Positions 13,001-26,319 of a DNA stretch of 64,000 bases are shown piece after piece. The stretch is from Veleropilina oligotropha (taxonomy: Eukaryota), in assembly GCA_048128005.1 (NCBI GenBank), contig JBEUKZ010000016.1:62001-126000 (forward strand), written 5' to 3'. The notes under the pieces were generated by a model. That model worked only from the letters and a program-made list of their open reading frames with translations. It had not been told where the DNA came from and did not search any database. The first letter of the stretch is position 1. Each line of letters starts with the position of its first letter. Made by a program: the position numbers and the translations under genes.

Positions 13001-16000
13001 AATGACGTTCCTACTGCATATAATGGCTTAACCACTGCATATAATGACCTAACCACTGCATATAATGGCATAACCACCGCGTATAATGGCGTATCTACCT
13101 CATATAATGACATAGCTACTGCATATAATGACATAATGACGTTTCTACTGCATATAATGGCATAACCACTGCATATACTGACATAACAACTGCATATAAT
13201 GACATAGCCACTGCATATAATGACATAACCACCGCATATAATGACATAACCACCGGTATATACGCGTATATACCGCGTATAATGGCGTATCTACCGCATA
13301 TAATGACATAACTACTGCATATAATGACATAACCACTGCATATAATGACGTTTCTACTGCATATAATGGCATAGACACTGCATATAATGACATAACCGCT
13401 TCATATAATGGCATAACCACTGCATATAATGGCATAACCACTGCATATAATGGCATAACCACTGCATATAATAACATAACCACCGCGTATAATGGCGTAT
13501 ACTGACGCATCCGCCGCATATAATTAATTATCTTATCATAAGGCAGCCATAGCGTTCCATAAAAAACACCTTATATTGCACTTTAGTCCTGAGCTTCAGA
13601 TGCTTCTATGCCTATTAATAAATACACACTGATCATTACGTGTTACTTCTTTCATTTTCTTAGAAATGTTCTTAAAATTTGTCAATGTTTTGTTTCCTGT
13701 CGATTCAAAAATGTTCAAGACGGCTACTTTATAGGCTATATATGACATATGCTCTAGGTGATCTGTTTGCCATTTAAACCTTCGTTAAAATATGCTTGCA
13801 TTAATATGACATTTGTTTTCATCTATCCCTGCTTGCAGGCATGACCTCCCTGGACGGTTACATATACGCCATTGGGGGTACCGACGGCAACAGCCGACTC
13901 TCGTCCGTGGAGAGATACTTCGCGCAAACCAACAGGTGGAGCTACGTAGCTCCCCTGAACTCACCGACAACCAAAATACAGGCAACATCGCTCAACGGGC
14001 GCATGTACGCGGCAGGTAGCAAATAGACTCAGTACACAATATAATTTATTTCTTGTAAAACAAAGAAAATAGGCCTATACCATAGAATGAATTGGTCAAT
14101 TACACAGTTCAGGAGTCGTGACGTTTTGCTGCTATTTCCAGGTTGATTTATGTTAAAATGTCAACACATACAAAATACGACGGTGTGACATATATTTCGG
14201 ACATAAATAATCTATTCAAATTGTAAATGTTTTCATAATTTTACAACATGGAAGACTCGAAATGATATATATTATCGACATTTTTATTATTCCCAAATAT
14301 ATACGCTCATTATTAACAACGTATTCTCAGATTGAAATTAGTGGCAAATCGCTCTTCAGTAACGTGAGTATTATGAGGGGTTTGAAACATAACTCCCTAA
14401 TCACAAGTAACGCCAATGTGTGATGCCGTCTTTTCCAGGTGGGGTGATTGATCCCAGTAATCAATGTGTGGACACGGTACAGGTGTACAATCCGAAGATG
14501 AACGTGTGGCAAAAGGTAATAATTGTTATGATCGGAGAACTGCCAGTACATGTTACTGCACACAAAACATCTAAATTGATACATTGCACGTTTCAGTCGG
14601 GCCTTCTAGACTTGTTATATTCGATTAATCAACAGATTAGGGCGTTGGAATTGACTATATGGTAATCATCTTTAGAACAAACGAGGTTCAGACTACATAC
14701 TAGTATGTCTGAAAATTATATAATATAACGTGACCGAAAAACTTGCAATCAAATCAACTCCAATAACAGTTAGACAAATTTAAGTGGCATTTTAATGGCG
14801 GTACATATATAATGCAGAACCAAAGACAACGACAAGATTCCTATAAATGAAATATAGTACTAGTATTGATGTACGAAATCCTTGTTTTCAGCTTCGGCGA
14901 TTGTCAACTGCCTGTGCCCTATGCGGGTTGGTGGCGGTACGTGGACGTCTTTACGCACTAGGTGGCGCTGATGGTCGCGAGGTCCAGCGCTACAGTCCCG
15001 AAATTGATTCCTGGAACAGCATGTCTCCTATGGTGGAAGCTAGAGTAGACCCAGGTACTATAAATAGCTTCCTGTCTTATTAATTCGTCTCCCATATGGC
15101 GAATGTGGATATGCGAATGGTAGCGAGTGCCAGCGAGTATATTCACGATGACTGAATGCGAGTGGAATATTCGCAAGCGTTTTAAAACGTTTATTCTCGC
15201 AAGATGCAAGTGACTGGGAGTAATGAGCGCCTAAAGATGGGGTAGTGCATGGATGGTGATTTTTAAGACTTGTCGTTACCACGGGGGTCATCATCCTGGT
15301 GAGCTAAAGTCGCCTTCCATAGAGGAGAGAGGTACAGAGGCATCACCAGCGGTACCGGTAGGTCTGGAAGCGCCCGTTACTATGCGGGATCAGCTCCATG
15401 GTATTTACGAGACCCCGATGGTGAACATAACCGATAAAATATACCGGGTAACAGCTCCTATCAGATGATGAACTCGGAGATGCGCTACCTTAGACACGTG
15501 GATCCTTACAACCTGGATTAAACTTATTAAAATGTTTCTGTAAACTAAACAATTTCTCATTGCTTAACGACCCGGCTGCACACAATGAAATATTTGTTAA
15601 GAAAAAAGGAGAAACCCAGTTTAGAAAGAACGACATATGATAGAGAATGTAGAAACTAGAGAATAGGCTGATCTGAGATGCGCAATACTATAAACTGACA
15701 TAAAAGAACGTTCCATTCATCCTATGGCCCTGTGCTTCCTTTATCGGGTTTTTTAAGGTGCTATATGAATATCTTGGAGTGCTCATGATGGTCGTAATGT
15801 TATTTGGAAATCTGATCTTCCTGATGACCTGAAATTAAACGTGACTTTTCCGCGCTATTGTCGAATCGGTGCTTCTCTACGTACGGCGCTTCATCATTGA
15901 CACTTACGAAACGCCTAGAATCAACGTTTGACGGTACCTCAGTGTACAAGAATGTTGCTTGCCGTACTGAATATCTCATGGAAACAACACCCAACAAAAC

Positions 16001-19000
16001 AGCGTCTCTATGACCATCTCCTTGCTATTTATCACGTTATCAGAGAGACGAGCTAAATTCACTGGACATTGCTGGAGAAGTAAAGAAGAGATTCTCAGCG
16101 ACGTATTATTATGGACATACTCGATTTGGACGTTCAGAAGACATATATACTAGAGGCAGCCAAAAGGGTATACAATACGTTAAAACCAAATAAAAGATCA
16201 AAGTAACAATTAACAGTCATCAATGGTTAAATGAACGGTCATCAATGCTTATACGAACAGCCAAAAATACATTCAACAGTCACCGAATCAAAACAAACAT
16301 CCTAAAATTAATCCAACAGTCATCAATGGTCAAACGAACGGTCATCAATGTTGATAAGAACAGCCAAAAATGCATCCAACAGTCACCGAATCAAAACAGT
16401 CATCGATGTAAAACAGTCAAAACCCGAATTAACGCCAGATGGCGTGCAAGTTTGTAATAAAGCACTTGTCTTCTGCCGTGCGTTCAAGATGCAAAACGTT
16501 TTGTAGTGCCACAAAACGTTTTGCGTTTTGACGTTCAATTGGCAGAGCGCTTTCTGAAAACGTTTTGCAAACGGCGCGCAACGTTCGGTGCGACCAAAAT
16601 GGCGGACAATAGAACGATTATGAATAAATTAGGGACTGTCACATTTATTTTTAAACTTGGGGGGCAATTAGGAGCAACACACTATTATAACCGGAGACTC
16701 AATCCAAATAATATGTAAATTGAGAAGAAAATAATTTAATTTATTGTTAATATTGATATCTTATGGTGCTTTACCACTTTTTTATTTGCCGTATGCGACA
16801 AATTCCAGCAAGGGCAGATAACTACACAACTCGGCGTCTTGCATTTGAGTATATATGCAAATATTATGTAAATAATATATATATATATATGACCGAGAAG
16901 TCTATTAGTATAGTGGCTGGTGACACGAAAGGAAAATATTTTCGGACTGCCGATAAGATTTTAATAGATTGGTGTATGTAGTCGTTTGAAGTTCTATATT
17001 TATTTAATCGAAATTTTGATAGTGTCGTGACAAAAGTGTCGACACGAGTTGATGTGTCCCATAGTGATGAATTCAGACTAGCATTTTCGTTGATCAGTAA
17101 ATAAAATCGACGAGACAATGCGTTCAGTAAGAAGCAGTAAGCGTGCAAAGCGCTTTTGAAAAACGTTTTTTTAACGCACGGCTGACGTAATCATTTTATT
17201 TGAGTAGGGGCGTGCACCATTGACCTATTCAGAGTACGCCAAGAGTGTGCTGAGCACAGTCACCATTAGTCTGGGGCACTGATCCGGTTTTTTCGCAATC
17301 CCGGTTACGTCAGGGTTATGTCGGGGTTGCGAAAAACCCGGATTGGTGCCGTAGACTAATGGTGACTGTGCTCAGCGCACTCTTGGTGTACTCGGAACAG
17401 GCCAATGGAGTACGCCCCTACTCAAATAAAATGATTACGTCCGCCGTGCACTAAAAATAACGTTTTTCAAAAGCGCTTTGCACGCTTACTGCTTCTTACT
17501 GAACGCATTGTCACGCCGATTTTATTATCGAAATTTCGATTAAATAAAATATAGAACTTCCAAACGACTACATCGACCTTTCTATTAAAATCTTATCGTC
17601 AGTCCATCAATCAACTATAAATAACGATGATATATTATTGAAAATATTTTCCTTTCGTGTTACCAGCCACTATTAGACTTCTCGGGCATATATTATTTAC
17701 ATAATATTTGCATATACTCAAATGCAAGACGCCGAGTTGTGTAGTTTTCTGCCCTTGCTTGAATTTGTCGCATTCAGCAAATAAACAAGTGGTAAAGCAC
17801 CATAAAATATCAATATTAACTATAAATTAAACTATTTTCATCTCAATTTACATATTATTTTGATTAAGTCTCCGGTTAATAGTGTGTTGCTCCTAAATGC
17901 CTCTTAAGTTGAAAAATAAATTTGACAGTCCCTACTTTATGCATAATCGTTCTATCGTCCGCCTTCCGCCTTTTTGTCGCACAGCGAGGAAAGTTGCGCG
18001 CCGTTTGCAAAACGTTTTCAGAAAGCGCTCTGCCAATTGAACCACACAACTTTTGATTCGGTGGCTGTTGGATGTATTTTTGGTTGTTTTACATCGATGA
18101 CTGTTTTGATTCGGTGCCTGTTGGATGTATTTTGAGCTGTTCATGTGAACATTGATGACCGTTCGTTTGAGCATTGATGATTGTTCGATTTTGTTTAAGC
18201 TGTTTGTTTTGATTCGGTGACTACTGGATGCATTTTGGCTGTTCGTATGAATATTGACGACCGTTCGTTTGACCATTGATGACTGTTGGACTAATTTTAG
18301 GCTGTTTTACATCGATGACTGTTTTTATTCGGTAACTGTTGGATGTATTTTTGGCTGTTTTTCATCAATGACTGTTTTTGATTCGGTGACTGTTCGTATA
18401 AACATTGATGACCGTTCGTTTGATCATTTATGATTGTTGGATTAATTTTAGGCTTTTGATTCGGTGACTGTTGGATGTATTTTTGGCTGTTTGTACAAGC
18501 ATTGATGACCGTTCGTTTGACCATTGATGACTGTTAATTGTTACTATGATCTTTTATTTGGTTTTAACTACTTTATACCCTTTTCGCTGCCCATACTATA
18601 TCAACCAGATTTGTAAAGACTCCGGATCGAAGACCTGCCGATTGCGATGGATGACCGACATGAACGTCGAGAAAAAGTCAGAAAAATACGTGCAAGCAGC
18701 ACGCCCGGATAGATGATTTACCAGATGTATATTCTGTTGTGTGACGAGTTCACCCCGTTTTCGTTTGGTTCATCACTGCACTCCGTTGAATCACACATCT
18801 TCTGTATGCTTACACTTAGCGCGCTGGCTTACGAAGAGCGAGTGCTGTCGCTCAAGCGCGTGACTTATAGCCAGTACTTGCGGTACCGTTAAGTTTTGTC
18901 CAAAACCCGATGAGCAAATGCGACCGTCTCCTGCCAACTATGAATCCGCATCATTGCATGTGAATAATACGTCTCCAAACGAAGCGCACATACTGCACGC

Positions 19001-19756
19001 CTTCACGCGTCATATTGTATGAGAGGCTACCTTGAGTAAAAAAAGGCTACTGTCTTCGGGAGCGAGCAAAGTACTCATAGCCAAGGATTAAAATTCACTC
19101 GTGTTAATCAGGGCAGTCAAGTGAACGAAGTTGGAGCTCTTATCGGAAATAAATTTGTAGAACATATATGATGAATGTCAACGTAAGACCACGCAAGGGT
19201 TGTGAGAGCAAACACATATACAGCCATTGCGAATATGCCCCCCCCCCCATTGGTTGGGGAAATACACTCCCAAGTGAAAACTCGTCACGTGAGAGACTAT
19301 ACAGGGCGTCTATAACAGAAAATGGTTGAGTTCCATGACTACAAGAATTTTAACCAGTCACCATATTATCTAAATGTATAAAGGCGATATCTACGAACAC
19401 GATCCCACATATATATAGAACCACAAAATAGTCGATAACCGTTAATTACTATCTGCCCCAAATGACAAAAGAGCAATCTAGTTACTTCATTCTGCATACA
19501 AATTATTCACTGTCGTTAAATTGTTACGAATATTGTTAAAGGAACTTATTATTTTACAGTGTGTATTGTATTAATTTCAGGTATAGCAGTCATTGACCAC
19601 AAGATATATGCATTAAGCGGTCACGATGGTGGAAATTCATTTTACTCGAGCATCGAGGTCTACGATATACATACGGATATTTGGTCTATCATGACATCGA
19701 TCTCCTTGCAATATGGCCGCTGCAGATTCGCGTGCGTTGCAATGGGTGGAAACTAA
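9925..19756 (+). CDS. Kelch-like protein (BTB-BACK-Kelch), 600 aa, 9 coding exons
   Basis: join(9925..10000,10256..10462,10746..11338,11776..12001,12287..12394,13839..14015,14439..14515,14892..15054,19581..19756) = 1803 nt. All introns are GT-AG with matching phases. BTB (LCDVII...[12 protein letters not shown]), BACK (NCLGI...EEVVFEAILKWV) and kelch repeats (IYAIGG, LYALGG) are present. Confidence 0.93.
10256..10462 (+). CDS. Kelch-like exon 2 (BTB start)
   Basis: TACAG| ... ACAG|[29 protein letters not shown]. Confidence 0.92.
10746..11338 (+). CDS. Kelch-like exon 3 (BTB end, BACK)
   Basis: TTCAG| ... AAG|GTAAT; lies within ORF 10709-11404. Confidence 0.93.
11776..12001 (+). CDS. Kelch-like exon 4
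   Basis: AACAG|DRRFEMVSPRTKPR...IYIAG|GTAAT. Confidence 0.92.
12287..12394 (+). CDS. Kelch-like exon 5
   Basis: TTCAG|GGYNK...WIKVAPMNTPRAKF|GTAAG. Confidence 0.92.
12483..13552. repeat. Foldback element made of two inverted arrays of a 21-bp minisatellite (kelch intron 5)
   Basis: Unit ttatatgcagtggttatgyca is forward to ~12945 and reverse-complemented from ~12955. Outer unique arms gctatgacttccttatgttaagataattaattatatgcgg / ccgcatataattaattatcttatcataaggcagccatagc. Confidence 0.9.
13839..14015 (+). CDS. Kelch-like exon 6
   Basis: TGCAG|GMTSLDGYIYAIGG...MYAAG|GTAGC. Confidence 0.92.
14439..14515 (+). CDS. Kelch-like exon 7
   Basis: TCCAG|GVIDP...YNPKMNVWQK|GTAAT. Confidence 0.9.
14892..15054 (+). 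CDS. Kelch-like exon 8
   Basis: TTCAG|LRRLS...LYALGG...ARVDP|GTACT. Confidence 0.9.
15795..18715 (+). pseudogene. Decayed 3' end of a non-LTR (RTE-like) RT ORF, split by the 16148-18598 palindrome
   Basis: IWKSDLPDDLK..IVESVLLY..RMLLAVLNISWKQHPTKQRLY..RRAKFTGHCWRSKEEILSDVLLW on the left; YINQICKDSG..EDLPIAMDDR..KVRKIRA on the right. Confidence 0.75.
16148..18598. mobile_element. ~2.45-kb foldback / near-perfect palindrome (kelch intron 8)
   Basis: Arms pair along their whole length (ggcagccaaaagggtata / tatacccttttcgctgcc; gggactgtca 16632 / tgacagtccc 17932); centre ~17310; short tandem modules in the outer arms. Confidence 0.9.
19581..19756 (+). CDS. Kelch-like exon 9 (terminal)
   Basis: TTCAG|GIAVIDHKIYALSG...FACVAMGGN*; candidate poly(A) signal ATTAAA near 20523. 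Confidence 0.92.
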
Positions 19757-20731
19757 CGAAAAATATCAAATAATATCCGAATCATATATATCTGTCAAGA
19801 ATAGTCGACTTGCATTAAGGATTATCGTTCCATGTAACAACATGCAGAGACACATGTAGCGTGATATCTACAAATACACGGATTATCGTGTGAAAACTCA
19901 CCCGCAAGGACAGTTATGTTAAACGTACTAGTAAAACTGGAAATCAAATCCACATCCAGATTTTCGAAAGTTCGGCTCATTTATTGGTTCCGATGTAAAT
20001 AATATTCGAAATTAGTAATTTAGTAATCAATTAGTAAATAGGCCTAAGAGGTAAACCTTATTCGGACCGTTGATAGTATTCTATAGATATTTCAACAGCC
20101 TGCCGAATATCCTCTTGAAAATGGGTACTTTTGAAGGTTGTCAACCAATGTTGAGCGATTACAATGTTATGCCGTTGTAGTGATATCACCATAACTGACT
20201 GTTTCAATGCAAGAATATGTAACAATATGAGTTTGGTGCTAAGTCTGTGATATCACTGATATGTATAATGTATGTTTAGTTTATTCTGTATATGAAGCAT
20301 ATACTAATTATAATTTTAGTGAAGTACATAATTATATAGGTATATAATATGTACTTAGTATGTAAATGTCTGTGATAATTTTTTTAGTAATTATATATCC
20401 ATGTAATAGTGGTAATATGCGATCGTGATATTGTAGTGAACATTTCATGAAAGTGCTTACTATTGTAAGATCATTGTTATCTTTACTGTATTACACAGTA
20501 TCAAGTATGCCTTATTATTTTAATTAAATAGATTTGAAGACGATAACAACTAGGATGCCATCATCGACTTCTGTATCCATTATATAAACAGTCTCGACAC
20601 ATCACCGACTGAAAACTAGTTTTTAGGTGTGGCCTACACTTTATTAATATCTTGCTTTTATCGGTGTTTATTGTCGCATTGTAGCAACTATCGCCATATA
20701 TTATAAATATCCATATTATCGTTGGATGAAT

Positions 20732-20993
20732 GGCCGCTCCGACCGTCGTGTGGTTTCGATTGCAAATTCCGAAAATCACTGGCTTCATTCCGTTGAATCG
20801 AACAGTATACTGGGTTCGAATCTCGGTTGAGACATGACATTATTTGATCAAGTTATGAATCACACTTTTCCGTAACTGGTCGGAGGGGCGAATTTCTATG
20901 GGCTTTCCTTCCGCCAAAATATGGGCATGACCTACTTTGAATTAAATGATTGTAAATATGCAGGACATTAACCATCGATCGTTCCCTTCCTTT
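20732..20993 (+). mobile_element. tRNA-derived SINE (family A) inserted into an older antisense copy of a similar SINE (~20700-21150)
   Basis: ggccgctccgac head, gggttcgaatc B box, tail shared with the 27397 copy; TSD tcgttggatgaa at 20719-20730 and 20994-21005. Confidence 0.8.
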
Positions 20994-22650
20994 TCGTTGG
21001 ATGAAAGCCCGGATGGTCCGCTGAACCCACCCGCCCGGGGGAGTTATGAACAACTGTGGGTGTTAGCTCCACAAAGTGCCGTGTGGAGGATTCGAACCCG
21101 GTTCAGTGACGCAGAGCAGACAAATGAGTGAATTGGCAACCACACTATCATCATCATTGTACCGAGACGATATATCATTATGGTTATAATTTATACCACA
21201 TATCAAATTAACATTTTGCTGCCGATATTGAGAGATATACTAGACCCAATGAAGACATGATTATAATTTATAAAATAATAGTTTGTAAATTGAGCAATGA
21301 GTGATTTTATGGCATTCATCATTGGACTCTTTGCCGTCGACTAGGTTTAGGGCTGAAACGAACAGTGCAACCAGAATAATATACCAACTCCGATCGGATC
21401 CAAGTTGACAATTACCAAAGATTATTGCAACGATCATCAATGGGATACTATCTCAGTTTGTTGAAACTTGAAAAAATGTTACAGCATTGGGTTACCAAGA
21501 CAAAATCGCCTAACCATACGTAAGCAATATATATAGTTTCTTACAGAAAACTTACAGAATCTGTGATAATTTTTGTACTGTTTTGCAAGATATTATTCAA
21601 TTTGATTTCCCGAATAAGCTAGGGTTATTCTCATACACATATTCACTGCCGAATGCGCACATGAGAATATCATATGCACAACGATAAAATCATCGCCAAC
21701 AAAGAAAGCAAAATAGTTTCTTTTTCTCTGAACTATTCAATGCTATCGAGTAGTTTATGTCACTTAAACATTTCATCATTGAACAATAGCCTTATTCCCC
21801 ACTAGGTACCTCTATTGAAGTTAATTAGAGTGATTAGAATCATTAATTGGATGGATTAGTTGAATGAAAGTCTTAATTGGAGTGCATTACTTGAATGCCT
21901 TTAAATGTTCCACTGTTGGTCCATGAAAGCTTTGTTCTTCGATTGAATAGGCAGAATAAACAACTGCCCAGAACAATAGATGACGTCACATAAATGTTTT
22001 AATTCACATTTGTAGCTTATCACATACCTATCTGATACGCTGATATGGCAATATTATATTTTGCATACGAGCCGGGCTCGCGTACCATCACCAAATACTG
22101 CATAACAACACATTTTATCACACCGAACTGATAAATCCGAGCGAAGATTAAGTTGTTCAAAGTTCGTACCTTCAATTCCGATGAGGCAGCTGACATCGAC
22201 AAGGCGACCTTGAAAGCACAAAAAATATATCAGTTATGAAAATCTGATTCAATGGGAACCCAATCTCTTTACATATTGATCTTTAGCATAGGCGTACTGC
22301 GTGAGTATATTTTAAAACGTTGCTTAAGCATTTTCATGTATACATCTATGGGGGTTGTACCGGGTTTGTTCAGACATGATCGTCTGCGTCTCAGTGCTAT
22401 TATCAAAATACGAATGATTCCGGATTTAAATGATCCGTGATCCGGCTGATCATGGTATTTCCATTTATATGTAACGTGATGACCATAACATAGAAATTGG
22501 CCAAGATTGTCTTAGATTCACGGAAACCATTTTCTTTTCAATTTTTATTACATTGAAGCCATTTATCATATCTTAATAATCAAGGTGTCTTACAGAAAAG
22601 CCCATTTATCTTTTTGTGTGTCACTTTGACAAATTGTGACATGCCCTTAT

Positions 22651-25635
22651 AGTCCATGGGCTAGGTACCGAAGTCCCGCACCCCCCCCCCCCCAATGACC
22701 CTCCGAGTCATGGGACTCATACGAATGAAAATAGACATGTTCCCATCAATTATTTTGGGCCGCGCTATGCATTATGGGCCATTTTCAAAATGGCCGCCAT
22801 CAAAAAAGGACGATTACAAGAAAAGCACATTATTTTGCCGTTATTCCATATAAAATGTTGCGTATTATGAAAGAATAATAAAGATACATGTTTAGAAGTG
22901 TTTATAAACATGTTTTTATCAATTTTGTGAAGTTACGCTAGGCATTATGGGCATTTTTCAAAATGGACGCCATCGAAAAATGTTAGAATTGAAGAAAAGC
23001 ACTATATTTTGTTGTTTTTCAAAATATAATGTTGTGTATTAGGGATTTATAATAATACTAATAAATGTTTAGAAATATTTATAGACATGTTCACATCAAT
23101 TTATTTATAGGCTGCGCTATGCATTATGGGCCATTTTCAAAATAACTGCCAAGATCGAAAAGTGAAGAATACAAGAAAAGCATACAATTTTGTGTTTATT
23201 CCATATCTAATGTAGCGTATTAGATATTTATAATAAAGATAAATGTTTGACAGCGGATGTAGACATATTCGCATCAATTTAATTATAGAATGTACTGTGC
23301 ATTATGGGCAATTTTCAAAATGGCCGCCATAAAAAATGACGAAATTACCAGAAAATAGTTTATCGACATGTTCAAATCAATTTATTTGGGGTGTGCTATG
23401 CATTATGGGTTATTTTACAGTGAACATTTGCGATTAATTATGGTACACATTATACAAAAATACAATTGTGACATGAGGATCAATCTTTTAAGTTCATCAT
23501 CACTGCATGTTGTCTCCACGGTAGACATCTATAGGTCTGAATTCTAAAATCCATTATCAAATTCATCAGAATTTCACATTGTTCTATCTCTTTCAATTCA
23601 ATTTTTCACATTCATCCGTGGGATATGTCGTTGTGGGATATCATCAAACCCCTGTATCACCATCTGGTAATTGATCTGTGGTCCGATTACCACTCTGCTG
23701 CTGTACAATGTTTTTGCCCACATGCATTTGACCATCTGTGGAATTGCATATCTAGGTGATGAGCATGTGACATAATTTATCTGTGCTCTTGAATCGCTGA
23801 TGACCATATATATACATGCGGCATAACTCTTTCCTGGTTTTCAGAAACCTGCCCAAGTCAGATAATACTGCTTAGAATTGGTTGATCTTGACTGGCTCGA
23901 TTTCGGTTGGATCCGTACTTTGTCATAGAAACTATGACTCCCCTTGGAGTCAAACTAGGATTTGCCCATATTCTCACTAGAGGAAATCCCTGTTACCAAG
24001 GAAAATCTCCCCGGATAGTTATGAACTACTGGTACTGCATTATACACATGAATTCCACAAAGTCTTTGTTGGAGCACCCTTTAGCCCATTCGGTCGCAGG
24101 GACATGCTTTCACCTATACATTGAATTCGCTGGTAATGCAGTGAAGTCTTTCTTAATGAACTGTTCTGTTAATTATGATTTCTGTTAAAAGGAATGACGA
24201 CATTAAATTTATTGCTTTGTTCATCAAGATATAGAACATGAGATGTATTTGTCATATCTCCTCCCATAATACGCTATTCACCACTTCACCATCTTATTCT
24301 TTCCAAGGCAGTGATGGAATGAACGTAGTACGCACTGGTATCGATACCAAAGATGACATCCTAGTTCTTGACCATAATGTCGAATACATAGATAAAACGG
24401 TCAATACAATAATCCATAGGCTGCTTCCCCCCCCCCGCCCCCCATGATCCTCCGATGATGCTTATCTGTTATTCGTAATTTTTTTAAGGTGGCCATTTTG
24501 ATATTGACTCATAATGCACAGCACATTCTATAATTAAATTAATATAATAAAATTAATATCTAATACGCTACATTAGATATGGAATAAAAACAAAATTTGA
24601 TGCTTTTCTTGTATTCTTACTTTTCGATCTTGGCGGCCATTTTTAAAATGACCCTTAATGCATAGCACATCCCAAATAAATTGAATTGAACATGTCAAAA
24701 AACGCTCCTAAACATTTTTCTTCATTATAAATCTCTAATAATCAATATTATAATTCGAATAACGACAAAATATGGTGCTTTTCTGGTAATTTCGTCATTT
24801 TTTTCTAATGATCTTTGTTTTTCGATCATGTCGGCCATTTTTTAAATGACCCATAATGCATAGCACATCACAAATAAATTGATTTGAACATGTATATAAA
24901 TCCTTCTAAACATTTTTCTTTATCATAAATAGCTAATACTCAACAAAGATGGTGCGTTTCTGGTATTTTTGTCAATTTTTATGGCGCCAATTTTGAAAAT
25001 ATCCAATAATGCACAGCACAGTCTATAATTAAATTGATGCGAATATGTCTACATTCACTTTTAGGCATTTTGTATTTATTATAAATATCTAATACGCTAC
25101 ATTTACTTTTCTTGTATTATTCACTTGTCGATCTTGGCGGCCATTTTGAAAATGGGCCATATTTGCATATAAATAAATTGATGTGAACATATATACACAC
25201 TTCTAAACATTTATTATTATTATAAATCCCTAATACACAACATTATAATTAGGATAACAGCAAAATATGGTGCTTTTATTTAATTCTTCCATTTTTCGTT
25301 GGCGGTCATTTTGAAAATTGCCTATAATGCCTAGCGTAACCCCAACAAATTGATATAAACATGTTTATTAACACTTCTAAACATGTATCTTTATTATTAA
25401 TCCCTAATACGCAACATTTTATATGGAATAACAGCAAAATAATGTGCTTTTCTTGTAATCGTCATTTTTCGATGGCGGCCATTTGAAAATGGCCCATAAT
25501 GCATACCGCGGCCCAAAATAATTGATGGGAACATGTCTATTTTCATTCGTATGAGTCCCATGAACAAAATGATATCACTTTTGGAGGATCATGGGGGGGA
25601 GGGGGTGCAGGACTTCGGTACCTAGCCCATGGACT
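22651..25635. mobile_element. ~3-kb non-autonomous TIR element with ~180-bp subterminal repeats in inverted orientation
   Basis: TIR agtccatgggctaggtaccgaagtcc / ggacttcggtacctagcccatggact, flanked by TAT on both sides. Repeats containing cattatgggccattttcaaaatggccgccat on the left arm and their complement on the right arm. Confidence 0.88.
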
Positions 25636-26319
25636 TATTGCTATAATAAAAAGCAATGCGTTATTATACGTAAACGAAATTTATCTGTATCTCGCTTATA
25701 AATATTTTCGTGTAACAACATTTATCGAAATCATACACGGTAAACCACACCAGCCTTGGGAGACATACATGCCGATATTATTGTTATTTTCGTCAGATGA
25801 TGTTGTGCCAAAACAAAGTTCTCATTCGCAAACATTTGCAAACTCTATTGATAAAATATTCAACAATCAATATTTTATTTTATTTAAACAACTTTAAGTC
25901 GCGTTATAGACGGGGTAATTGGTTTAATGCTTCTATCCGATCAGACGATCTTGTGTACAGCACGGGGCCAGTTTCTGGCAAGGTTACTGGTCAAAACACT
26001 GATCTGGATCACCTTAATGGGCGAGAAACTCTATACGTACAACGTGATATGACCGTACGTCCAATAAGGGACTGGTCATTTATTATAGGGGGGTGGGCCG
26101 GTGGAAATGGTTTACTACTGAGCGTGTCGAAAAATGGTGACCCACCCCGGACCGTGTGTCTTTTTTCCTGACCCACCCCCAGGGGGGAGGGGGTTCTGAA
26201 GTTTGAAAGGGGGTCCAACTATTACAATATATTCTAAATTTTTCGCGCAGCAGGAAACTGTTTGAAACTCTGTCCTGCATTTTGAGGTGATGAATAGACA
26301 TGTATTTATGCAACATTTA

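Noticed and set aside
12522..13519. ORFs with LYAVVMS repeats
   Set aside because: They are translations of the 21-bp minisatellite on both strands within an intron.
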